The position numbers and the translations under genes were made by a program. Below the pieces are notes generated by a model. The model ran no database searches, was not told the origin of the DNA, and saw only the letters and a list, made by a program, of their open reading frames with translations. This document shows, piece after piece, positions 1 through 16,647 of a stretch of DNA of 64,000 nucleotides (its first letter is position 1; each line of letters opens with the position of its first letter). The stretch is taken from positions 496,001-560,000 of the forward strand of contig MU008185.1 of the NCBI GenBank assembly GCA_010909165.1, written 5' to 3'. The stretch is from Anthoceros angustus. Lineage: Eukaryota > Plantae > Anthocerotophyta.

Positions 1-2100
1 CCGGAGGATTAGGGCGACCTCGAGCGGACCCCTCCTCGGCATGGGAAGAGATTTTCAAGGGGACTCCAGCAGCAGGTGGATGCACGAATTGGTGAGTGCG
101 CACCTTGTTGGAAGGAAAGTGCTCGGCGGGGGATGGCGTGCTGCGGGGCCGCCAGGTGGATTTGCGAGGCGGCACATCGATGATCGGGGCCCAAGCGGTT
201 GTTAGATCAAGCGGCCTTGGCTCTCACATGGCTCGGTGTGCAAGGCGGCGGGAGGAAGTGGTGAAGGCCGGGTTTGTGAAGAGGAGGCGCAAGCAGCTGG
301 AAGACAAGCGGGACCTAGAAATAAGGGCCAAGATTCAGGAGGATTTGTGCGGGGCTCGGAGAAGTTGCGAGCCATGGAGTCGGTGAGCGCTCATGGCTCA
401 AATTAAGGATGCCAAGACAAACCGGGAGATGCGGGGAGTTGTTGCGAGCCGAGGCGAGGCGGCCTGTGGAGGCCCATAAGGCCCAGCGGAGCACGTATAA
501 GCAGGGATGAGGCACGTGGCCGAGCCGAGAAAGGACAAGGAAGGCGACAACCGAGGTGGCAGGACCTACGGGGTTCGAGCAGGGCGGCGTCGTGGAGTCC
601 ACTACGCGTGGTAGTGGGGCACTCTGCGGGCAACTCAGGCGGCCATGGGCGGCGGCGGCGGCAGGGGCAGCGGCACCCCGCGAGGACATGGACCCAGCAA
701 CCGGTGTAGCCTACGGGAGGAGGGGTAAGCACCTCGGCTGAGGAGGTCCTATTGTTGCGGCATGGATGAGGAAACTTATGTTCTGGTCTATATGTGAATG
801 GGGCAGCGTAACTTCACCCTCCATGTCGTGTGGAAATAGGAGGGATCGGGGCCTACCTCAAGTGAGGACCGAGTGCATACTTCTACCACTGCGCCCTGAG
901 TGTGAGGGTTGGCCCCTAATGCGGAGGCGACTTTGGAGGAGTTAAGTGAGGAGGAGGTCCGAGCTTGGGTGGACGAGGAAGCATCCTCGGCAATAGGCGG
1001 CAAGCGGAAGAAGCTCAGGCGGTATGCCCTCAAATTAGGGCGTCAGTGAGCGGTGAGGTGGAAGTATTGTGGGAAAACAGTCGGATCGGTGGCGTGGCGG
1101 GAGGGCTCGTGGCGGCGGGACGAAGGCCAGGCGGACAAGTCGGGGAGGCGGCGAGATAGCGTGGCAAATAGGTGATAGCATCCTAGGAATGGAATTTGGT
1201 TAGGATGCCACATCGACCTAAGATCGCTCGAATTGTGGCGCGTCCCTTCACGATAGCATCTTAGGACCTAAATGAAAATCGGATATGTATAAGAGGCGAA
1301 TTATGCCCTCACGTGATAATTTGGTTGAGATCCCCACTGCGGCTGGTTGGACGTCCAATTAGCGGAGGCGGGGTGTGCGAGGCAGCTCCTAGGATGGTCG
1401 AGAGCTTGCTCATGGTGGAGGAGGAAGGGCGATGGCTTCTTGACACAAGGGAGGAACCAAGGGATTGGCGGGCGGGGTGCTGGAGCTTGCTCGTGCGCTG
1501 CTATGTCAGGGTTCTTCTTCTTCTTTTCCTGTTGGTTGTGTTTTGAAAGTGTGCGTGAGTGGATGCACGAGGCGGGCGAGAGAGAGAGGAGGCGGATCGG
1601 GTGAAGGAGATTAAGTCTTGTCTGCGATCACGAGGTGCTAAATCGTGAGTGAGGAGGAAGAGAGAATAGGTGGAGGGTTGGTCGGGATGCGTGAAATCGA
1701 ATTGGGTGGTCTTTGTTTTGAAGGAAGTGCGCATGGGAGCAGTGTTTCTGGAGGAAATAAGCGGTGTGGCGCCTTGTGTGTGTGTGTGCATGTGTGTGGA
1801 TTGAGTGTGGGGAGGCCTAGGAATTTCGATTATCGAAAGTGGGCATAGTGTGGGGTGAGTAACATCCGGACTACGGGTGGAGCCAACCCGTGCAGATCGG
1901 AAATGAGCCGAATCGATCACTAGGGTTTGGTGTGGGACCCACCTCGGTAGTCGTAACAACTACCTGGTAGTGGTGCGGACTACCGCAGGTAGCGAGCAGG
2001 GGCAGGTCGGGGGTTGGACACAGGGCGTGGAGAGGTCAGGAGGTAGTCGTAGTCGAGGAGATAAATAGAGGAGTAATAGCAGGTAAGTCCTAACTTAGGT
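1..2100. mobile_element. GC-rich degenerate, probably transposon-derived relic (unassigned)
   Basis: Only short broken ORFs, some coiled-coil-like (REEVVKAGFVKRRRKQLEDKRDLEIRAKIQEDL). Local duplicated motif gatagcatc(c/t)tagga near 1175 and 1252. No spliceable host gene. No RT, integrase or transposase motif recognised, so the TE call is inference. Confidence 0.2.
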
Positions 2101-2369
2101 GAAGGTCAGTAGCGATAGAAGTTAGCGTTCCTTGGCACAAACCATTCCCTTGGGAGCGAATCCCAGGACTACAACGACATTGAGGGTGAATGTGGACCTC
2201 ACCGTGTCTCAGGACACGAGTTTACACCCCTCACTTGGGTTCTATCTCCAGTCCCCGCCGCTTTTGCTCATGAGTAGAGCTCTTTGTTTTTATAAATCTC
2301 TATATATTTCTAAAACAAATATGTGAAGAACTTTTTTACGCATCTTGAGTTTAGATACATATTGTTTTG

Positions 2370-2665
2370 AAGAAAAAAACGCATATGAGTACGAAGACAT
2401 TCTTACATAGGAAGAAGAAAACAAACATACATAAGGAAGACAATTCTACTCAAGAAATGAACCCATATGAGAACAAAACATTTTTACTCAAAATGTAGAC
2501 CAATATGAGGAGAAAATTTTTACTCAAGAAATAAGCCAGCATGCGGAGGACATTTTACACATCTTTAGTAGTCTAGATACATTTTTTCTAAACAAAAAAA
2601 ATTAATATAAATACATGAAAACATTCTTACACAATAAGTAAACCAATATGATTTTTACTCAAGCG
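2370..2665. repeat. Degenerate AT-rich tandem array, ~38-40 bp period
   Basis: A core like tttttactcaagaaat...ccatatgag recurs at about 2441, 2481, 2521 and 2650. Confidence 0.5.
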
Positions 2666-4396
2666 CATTATGATCTCTCTTGACATTCAAGGCCAACCAT
2701 ATGTGCCGAAGTGTAATACTTAAAGTATTTTGAAATTTAAGCCTAATGTCCAGACTGCAACCGAAGCGCATCAGCGAGTTTTACGCATTGGCAACAACAA
2801 AGCGAGAACCCAAAACTTGAATATTTGCAAAGCTAGGCTATCAAGGTTTTTGGGTAAGAGATTTAATGTTTTTTTTTTTTTTGAGTCTAAATGCGGATGA
2901 CACAAAGTACGTATTGGAGTTGGATACAAACAATGAGGAACTCAGGTTTTGGAGATGCTACATACAACGCTGTTTGTCCAACATGTAGAAGCACAACTCT
3001 AGCGGATGGTATCTTGTGAATAAGGTCTGGAATCTGGTGGATAACAGAGAAGCAACTATGTTAAGGTGTTTATGCAATTGGATAACATGCCCAATGAGCA
3101 AGTGTGTTGGGCTATAACTATACGAGGGCACGAGCGGCACGAGGATCAAAGGGGCGAGCCCATTAGGTTTGGCTGCGGGGGTTGCGGCTGCGGGGGCTGC
3201 AGCTTCCTACATCCCTTGCACAACGAGCGCAGGGAGTATCTCCCTCCTCCTCCTTCCCTTCATTATGTTCTTTCTACTTGTGTGGTTTGTAGCCGTCTAT
3301 TCTCCTTGGCTTGTCGTTGAGGGGCTCGAGGACATGGATGTCTAGGTCAGGAATGTAGGGTCACACAGAAGTGATCAATATGACGGCGACGGTGCTGCCC
3401 AAGTGGCTTGGTGGTTTCAAGCTTCCATGGTAAGTTCTTCGAAAACCATGGCGGTGGTCCCATTGCCCCCTTCTCCCTTTCTCTCCCCTCCTCCTTTCGT
3501 TTCCGTGACTTCCTCTTCTTCTCCCTTTCCCTTCCCTGGCTTCCTCTTCTCTCCCTTTCTCTCCCTCCCTTCCCCTAAAAACTTGAATTCTAACAATGTA
3601 TGCGCCAAGAATGGATGATTTATATCTACCTAGTAAGCAAAAGTTTTATGAAAATTCAGCACTCAAAATGGTGGTGAGTTAAATGACCATAGTACACATA
3701 TAGATATCTAAGCACTCAATAAAGTTAAAGAGACTATACCTACTGGGAATTCTAAAATACACATATAGCCACTAAGATCGATTAACTTTTAATCTTTCAG
3801 TCATTCGCTTTTAACTTTTGAGGATACTTAATCCTATGTGTAAAGATATGTTGAAACAACAACAAGATCCAAAAGATCAAAAAAAATTAAAGATTAAAGT
3901 CTATAAATGTACCTAATAAGAATTAATATTAATGTGGACCTAATCCTTGAACAGTTTTGCACGACTGCGCACACTAGCAACAAGCATAAACCCCGTAACC
4001 ACGTTAGCCATCACATCTTCCTACTCTGCTACAAGTTTAAGCCGATGGCTTCCGTGGCTGGTTGGTTAGAGCTGAGTTAGTGGACAAGGCGGGTGTTGGT
4101 TTGAAATGAGGCATTAAAATGAGACATTGATAGGGTCATGAAGAAAATTGAGGTCTATAAGTACTGTTGGAAATAGGAGTTTAATACGTAGGTAATCTTA
4201 GAACAGCTTAAGGTTTAGGTCGTTTCCCTCGCTCCTCCATTTTACCATCTACGGTAGATGAAACCAGGATCTAACCCGGCCTCGCTCGCTCGGCTCTCAG
4301 GACCCTCGACAGTCTTGGCACTAATATTATCTTATTTCTAATATATCGCCTATAAAAATTTGCCTAAGAATAATAAGACAGATCGGTACATGGAGG

Positions 4397-4583
4397 AATG
4401 AGGTGAATACTTTGAGTTTATATATATATGGAATTCCATTTTATTTTAAATCTTATTATTAAGAGTATGGCAATGCACTATTTCTTAAGTATGTAGGTAG
4501 TAAGAAAAGGCGTTTAATAAATGAATGAGGTCAATACTTTGAGTTTATATAGATAAAGGAATTCTACCTTATTTTAGATCTTA
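4397..4583 (+). repeat. Two ~60-bp imperfect direct repeats upstream of XRN
   Basis: aatgaggt(g/c)aatactttgagtttatata...ggaattc...ttatttta(a/g)atctta at 4397-4455 and 4524-4583. Confidence 0.75.
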
Positions 4584-4693
4584 CTCTAGAATGCCTTCTA
4601 ACAGTGTGTCTAGGGCCGTCCTAGCGGGCCTCATTCATTTTGTTCGCTGCGCATGAAGCAGGCACACCGTAGGATCAGGCAGGAGGAGACGCG

Positions 4694-11170
<6,477 letters not shown>

Positions 11171-12171
11171 ACCCATTTTAACTCTTGATTACAAGTTAGC
11201 TCTGACAGCATTCGAGTTTTTGGGAATGTTGTCAGCTAGTAGTGCATTGACTCCTCCAGCCAGAATCCAAATCCACCCATCGCCCACCTCCATTAGCTCT
11301 GACATGAAGACTGAGCTGTGGTGTGCATCTGTAAATGTACCATGAAGTAGTGTACTCACATGTAGTGGGCAATTGCTGGAGGTAGCGAGGAGTCTGAAGG
11401 GCTTGAGCAGGTAAGGTAGTTCACTCCTCCTCCTATTGCCTTGTGTGGATGCGATGTAGCTGTGAGCGCCTTGCACCTGTTGTGCATGTTGCCTAGACCA
11501 TCAGGGCCAGTGCTGTGAGCACTTATGAGGATTATATGTGCGCTGGTTCTTACAGGGATGAACGGTGGCCTACGCGATACCAGCAGTTCTTCCTGCTCCT
11601 CAGCTGAATCCAAAATTCAGGACTCATATAGTTCTGTTTCACTTTTGGCATTCCGGTGTTATGCCATAGAATGTTGTATCCTGCTCTGGAGGACCGTGCC
11701 AGGTTGCAAGCAGTTTCAAGGCATTCCTTTGGAGTCGCTTGCGGTCTTGGATGGATGACGGTTGCATGTCTGTTGGGTGTCTTATAGTTGGAATCGGTAG
11801 TAAGGACCTTTTCTCCCGACAGTCTCGCGCTGTATCTTCGGTGTCAGGACTCTTCACCTGTATTTTGCAAATGAGCGAATCAGTGTGCTCTTTTAATGAA
11901 AATGATACCGGAGTCCTCCAGACTCAAATAATTTTCCTTAGCTCGTAGCACAACCAAGAATGGGCAGCTCAACATTAGAGCTCAACTAGGTGCACAAAAT
12001 TGACAAAGAGCAGAGACCGGGCTGCGTGAAAGCATGTCGCAGCTGCAAATAAGAGGGTGGGAGACAAAGGGACGCTGCCCTTTACGCCAGCCCACCTTGC
12101 AATGGGGACACGTTTCTGGCTCACATTCACATCGCACTTGCATGTCGAGCCTCGGAGAGCTGCAGCAACTC

Positions 12172-12813
12172 TCAGCCGGAGTATGCTTTCAGCTTATCTC
12201 CAGTGAGACGGCAAATGCGCCACTCGGGCAAAACATCGGCTCCCATTCCTTCGTAGAACTTGATAGCATTCACGTTCCAATCCAGCACGCACCACTCCAC
12301 CCTCGCAGCCCCGTGCTTCAAGCCTTCGGTTGCCACCGTGCGCAGGAGAATGGTACCGAAGCCCTTCTTCCGATAGGGCTTCCGCACATAGATGTCCTCG
12401 ATGTAGAACCCAATCTTAGCCAGGAAGCTGGAGAAGTTAGGAAAGAAGAGCACGTAGCCTACTACAACGCGGTCCGGGTGGACTGCTGACCGGAATTCCT
12501 CCTCCTCCGCATCCACTACTGGCGCATCCAACTCAACCTCGTGCGACGCCGCCTGGAAGCCCTCCGACACGGCTGTATCGGTGGCAGCCAAGGACGGCGT
12601 GCCACTGCTCACCTCCAGCAGTAGCGCAGTTGGACCCTGGTAGGGCGGCAGCTTGAACAGCGCCTCCTCCAACCCCTCTTCTGTGAAGGTGCATATGTCG
12701 GTGAGATCTTCGAACACCGCTAGCTGCCGAATGAGCCTGGCTAGGACATTCACGTCTTGCCGTGTGACCTGACGGACGTGGGCGTGCGCCACTGCACCCT
12801 CCTGCTTCACCAT
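12172..12813 (-). CDS. NATA1: GNAT acetyltransferase, NATA1 / tyramine N-feruloyltransferase (THT) / SSAT-like; intronless
   Basis: LIRQLAVFEDLT...GYVLFFPNFSSFLAKIGFYIEDIYVRKPYRKKGFG (AcCoA-binding loop)...RVEWCVLDWNVNAIKFYEGMGA...WRICRLTG. The first ATG is at 12813; the ORF track starts earlier on a non-ATG codon. Confidence 0.9.
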   Translation of the reverse strand: MVKQEGAVAHAHVRQVTRQDVNVLARLIRQLAVFEDLTDICTFTEEGLEEALFKLPPYQGPTALLLEVSSGTPSLAATDTAVSEGFQAASHEVELDAPVVDAEEEEFRSAVHPDRVVVGYVLFFPNFSSFLAKIGFYIEDIYVRKPYRKKGFGTILLRTVATEGLKHGAARVEWCVLDWNVNAIKFYEGMGADVLPEWRICRLTGDKLKAYSG

Positions 12814-13788
12814 GGTTTCTCTCCAAGGGGAAGCAATGCAAGTAATTCCCAGCACCTACTCTGTCCTACCTTACCTACTTGTAGTTCCAATGTGACCAAA
12901 AGGATTCGGCGATATATTATAAACTAGAGCGCAAATGTGAGAGGGCGAGGGGTTGGCGCGTGTGCTATGGTGCCTCCAGCCTGCAGGTCCCGCGGCCATG
13001 ACGAGGCCATTGCGTTTGTGCAGAATGTGAGAGGTGCAGTTTATAGGGCCTTCCAGGAGTTCTTGTTATCGGGCATCCCTGTAGACCGTCATTGCTTCAG
13101 GCCTGCTGGTTAACTACCGCTGGTGGGTGAGAAGCAGCTTTGAATGTGCTTTCTGGGGATATGACTTTGAGTGTTACCTTGTAATCCGTCATCACTACGA
13201 GTGTGACCTTGTAATCCGTGATGAGCTTTGAGTATCTGCTCATTCAATGGATTCGGGAGGCCGGCTTGTGTGCTGGTGTGAATGACACCGACTTGACAAC
13301 TAGACACAGTGGGTTCGTGTGCTAGTGTGGTAGATTTCTACTAGAAGTCATTGTCTAGGTACATAGAAGGAGACAACTGGAGATAGTTCCGGTGGGGAAG
13401 GCTGTGATACAGTCTGTTAGCTGCCTTTGATACAGTTTGTTTTGTGCCTGTATGGCTTGTTGGGTCGATCCAATCCTTTCCAATCCAGCAAAAAACCCTC
13501 ATCAGGAGAAAGGAGAAGGGTGGGAGCTGATAATGCCATGACAACCCGAGGCATTCAATACGAGGAGGACGACCTGCGTATGCGAAGGTAGAATATCCTA
13601 CACGGTAGCATACCCCACCTTCAGCTGTTGACTTGGGGCTCTCAATTTCTTCACCGATAGAATAGAGCTTTGTTCTCCCAAAAGGTTCGGCCACGCGAAT
13701 AGGAAGGTTTGGATGTACTACGCGAACAGGCCGATTTATGTCGAAGCGTAAATCGTGCCTTCAGCGAAGCCCAAAAGAGAGCCAGCGC

Positions 13789-16647
13789 CTAGGGTTCGGT
13801 AAGAGCATAGTCTTGCACGAACATTTTCCAGCCTTGCACAGATGTGAACGACTTGCATCCCTGAAGCTGAAAATTCGATTTAGTGCTTCCCACATTTGTT
13901 TCGTGGCAGCGAGACAAACGGCACAGACCCGCAGATTTCTCACAGAGACTATGTAATATGAAGTTTATGGCATGTGCTATAGACAGCTTCTTGCTGTGGC
14001 TGCATAGTTTTCTATCATAATACGTGTCTGCCGGTAAAGAGTCCAGCTGCTGAACACGTCCATCTTTCTTCGTTTTGGACAAAAGCTGCTTCAGCCTTGC
14101 TTGACTTCGGGGATGCTTCTTATGTCCAACCAAAAAGCTATGCACCCGTCCATCCTCATCTGCCCACCAGCTCTGACCTGGCTGTTTCCATGCCCTCATT
14201 CTCTTTCTCCTCGCTTGCATTTCCTCTGCCTGCTCCCACAGCTGGGCACTGGTGTAGATGTTTGCCATCAACACGTACGCTGCAGCATCTTTTGTCTCTA
14301 GCTTCACAGCTTCGTCGAAGGCATGACGTCCCACCTCGACGTTGTTCCACTTCCGACAAGCACCCAATAATGTGTGCCAAACTGCAGTATCGGGCAATAC
14401 AGGCATTGATCTCGCCAAAGCTAGTGCCTCATTCAGTTGTCCTGCTCGGCCCAGGAGATCTACCATGCATGTGTAGTGGTCTTCCGTCGGCGTGATGCCG
14501 TACTGTTGCCTCATAGCCTCAAACTCCTCCCACCCCTTCTTCACTAGACCAGCATGACTGCAGACGGTCAGTATACTAAGGAATGTGATGCCATCTGGCT
14601 GTATGCAATCCTGTCTCATGCTCTGGACCAATTCGAAGACGAGATCAGACTCCCCTTGACCGGCGTAGCCTGCAATCAGTGCATTCCAGATCACACGATT
14701 TCTTCCGGGCAGCGCATCAAAAACCTGCTGTGCCTCAACCATGCTCCCGGACTTTCCATACATGTTAATCAAACTGCCAGCTACAAACACGTCAGCTTGA
14801 AGCCCTTTTTCTACAACTTGTACATGTAGCAGCCTTCCCAGATACAAAGCTGCAACATTTGCACATGCCTGTATGAGGCAGACAAACGTCATGGCATTGG
14901 GTACAGTCATGCCTTCTTGTAGCATGGCACCGTAGAGGCGGAGGGCTTCCTGTCCCATGCCCTGCTGGGAATATGCTGCTATCATCGCCGTCCATGTCAC
15001 GACATCTTTATGAACAAGACCATCAAATACATTCTGCGCGTCTTCCAAGCTGCCACACTTTGCATACATGTTCACCAAGCTGTTGGCTATAAACACGTCA
15101 GCTTGCTGTCCTCGGTCTCTAATCTGCATATGAAGCTGCTTCCCCTTCTCCAGAGCTGGGTTGCCCGCAGTTGCACATGCCTGCAGGAGGCAGACAAATG
15201 TCACGCAATCAGGTTCAGCGATGCCCTCTTTTTGCATAGCACTGTACAGACGAAGGGCTTCCTGCCCCATCCCTTGCTGGGAATACCCTGCTATCATGGC
15301 ATTCCAGGTCACCACATTTTTTTGACCAAGTCCGTCAAACACTCTATGTGAGTCTTCCACGCTGCCACACTTTGCATACATGGTCACCAGACTGTTGCTT
15401 ACATACACATCATCTTCATGTCCTTGTTCTCTGATCTGCGCATGGAGCTGCTTCCCCTTCTCCAACGCTGGGGCACCCACACTTGCACATGCCTGAAGGA
15501 GACACACGAATGTCACGCAATCTGGTACAGCGATGCCTTCCTCAAGCATAGCACTGTAGAGACGAAGGGCTTCCTGCCCCATGCCCTGTTGAGAATACCC
15601 TGCGATCATGGCAGTCCAAGTCACCACATCCTTATACCCAAGGCCGTCAAACACTCTCTGAGCATCTTCCAAGCTGCCACACTTTGCATACATGTCCACC
15701 AGGCAACTATAAACGAACAAATTAGCCTCAACACCACTGGCCAACACATCATCATGCACTTGCTGCCCAGTTTTCAGGTCTGAACCCCTTGCAGAAGCCT
15801 GAAGGGCTGCCACAAACACATGCCCATCCGGCTTCACACCGGACCTACGCATCCTGTGGTACAGTTCTATGGCCTGCTTATCTTGTCCTTGCTTAACATG
15901 GGCAGAGATTATGGCAGACCACGTGAAACAATCAGGTTTGGCAACAGCCTCAAACACACCCCTGGCCTCTTGCAACCTGCCATAAGAAGCATACATTCGC
16001 AGGATGTGAAAACCCAGGAAAGTGTCTGACTGGTAACCCTTTACCACCGTGCAATCATGAACGCGGCTACCCAAAACAAGGTCCTTCTTCACAACACATT
16101 TCTTCAGGACTGTGTAGAAAAGAGACTTGGATATAAAACAGTTTGTCTGCACAAGAACCTCCAGAGCCTCAACAGCCTCAGTCAGGTGGCCCTCAAGACA
16201 TAGCTTGCTTACGGTTTCTGCACTCACGCCCCTGTCGTCGCCTGCAAGCCTGCGAGAGACAGGATCATCGGGTAACCTCCTGTCGGAGGCAACGCGACCC
16301 ATTTCCATATCCAAAGCAGCAAGCTGTGCATCCACCCAAGGGGGCTTGTAGACATCGCTCAACCAGAGTCCGTCCTGGGACTTCCTGTGCCGGAAATCAG
16401 GCGAATGGGTTGTCTTCTTGTTTCTGTTATCCCTCCAACGTGCAGGGTCCCGGAAAAATTGTCTCCACAGATTCTCCTGGCGACGCCCCTCAGTGGACGA
16501 TCCGTGTCGACCCCGATATCCTCTTGGACGGCCCGGCTGTGTTGCAAAGGGGCTGCATCTCCCGACTTGGTTGTGCTCCAAACTTCGGTTCCTTGATGCC
16601 AGGCGAGTTGAAGCTCTTCCCAGAATGCTGGTGAGCCCACCAGCCAT
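13789..16647 (-). CDS. PLS-class PPR protein (organellar RNA-editing-factor type): putative transit peptide, PDF motif, ~18 P/L/S repeats, E1-E2, decayed DYW domain; intronless
   Basis: 952-aa ORF. Repeats such as LVDMYAKCGSLEDAQRVFD / VVTWTAMIAGYSQQG / CVTFVCLLQAC. P2-L2-S2 ends YTCMVDLLGRAG; E1 is VWHTLLGACR; PG box is PGQSWW. The N-terminus is R/S-rich and poor in acidic residues. Confidence 0.95.
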   Translation of the reverse strand: MAGGLTSILGRASTRLASRNRSLEHNQVGRCSPFATQPGRPRGYRGRHGSSTEGRRQENLWRQFFRDPARWRDNRNKKTTHSPDFRHRKSQDGLWLSDVYKPPWVDAQLAALDMEMGRVASDRRLPDDPVSRRLAGDDRGVSAETVSKLCLEGHLTEAVEALEVLVQTNCFISKSLFYTVLKKCVVKKDLVLGSRVHDCTVVKGYQSDTFLGFHILRMYASYGRLQEARGVFEAVAKPDCFTWSAIISAHVKQGQDKQAIELYHRMRRSGVKPDGHVFVAALQASARGSDLKTGQQVHDDVLASGVEANLFVYSCLVDMYAKCGSLEDAQRVFDGLGYKDVVTWTAMIAGYSQQGMGQEALRLYSAMLEEGIAVPDCVTFVCLLQACASVGAPALEKGKQLHAQIREQGHEDDVYVSNSLVTMYAKCGSVEDSHRVFDGLGQKNVVTWNAMIAGYSQQGMGQEALRLYSAMQKEGIAEPDCVTFVCLLQACATAGNPALEKGKQLHMQIRDRGQQADVFIANSLVNMYAKCGSLEDAQNVFDGLVHKDVVTWTAMIAAYSQQGMGQEALRLYGAMLQEGMTVPNAMTFVCLIQACANVAALYLGRLLHVQVVEKGLQADVFVAGSLINMYGKSGSMVEAQQVFDALPGRNRVIWNALIAGYAGQGESDLVFELVQSMRQDCIQPDGITFLSILTVCSHAGLVKKGWEEFEAMRQQYGITPTEDHYTCMVDLLGRAGQLNEALALARSMPVLPDTAVWHTLLGACRKWNNVEVGRHAFDEAVKLETKDAAAYVLMANIYTSAQLWEQAEEMQARRKRMRAWKQPGQSWWADEDGRVHSFLVGHKKHPRSQARLKQLLSKTKKDGRVQQLDSLPADTYYDRKLCSHSKKLSIAHAINFILHSLCEKSAGLCRLSRCHETNVGSTKSNFQLQGCKSFTSVQGWKMFVQDYALTEP
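14800..15730 (-). repeat. Three near-identical 312-nt (104-aa) S-P-L triplet units inside the PPR gene
   Basis: The sequence encoding YSQQGMGQEALRLY recurs at + strand positions 14949, 15261 and 15573, exactly 312 nt apart. Span edges are approximate. Confidence 0.9.

Noticed and set aside
3950-3980. Helitron-like 3' end (GC stretch followed by CTAG)
   Set aside because: The hairpin is poor and CTAG is not followed by the expected T of the A/T target site.
12172-12813. Intronless NATA1 as a recent retrocopy
   Set aside because: This family is commonly intronless, and no poly(A) tail or target-site duplication is visible.
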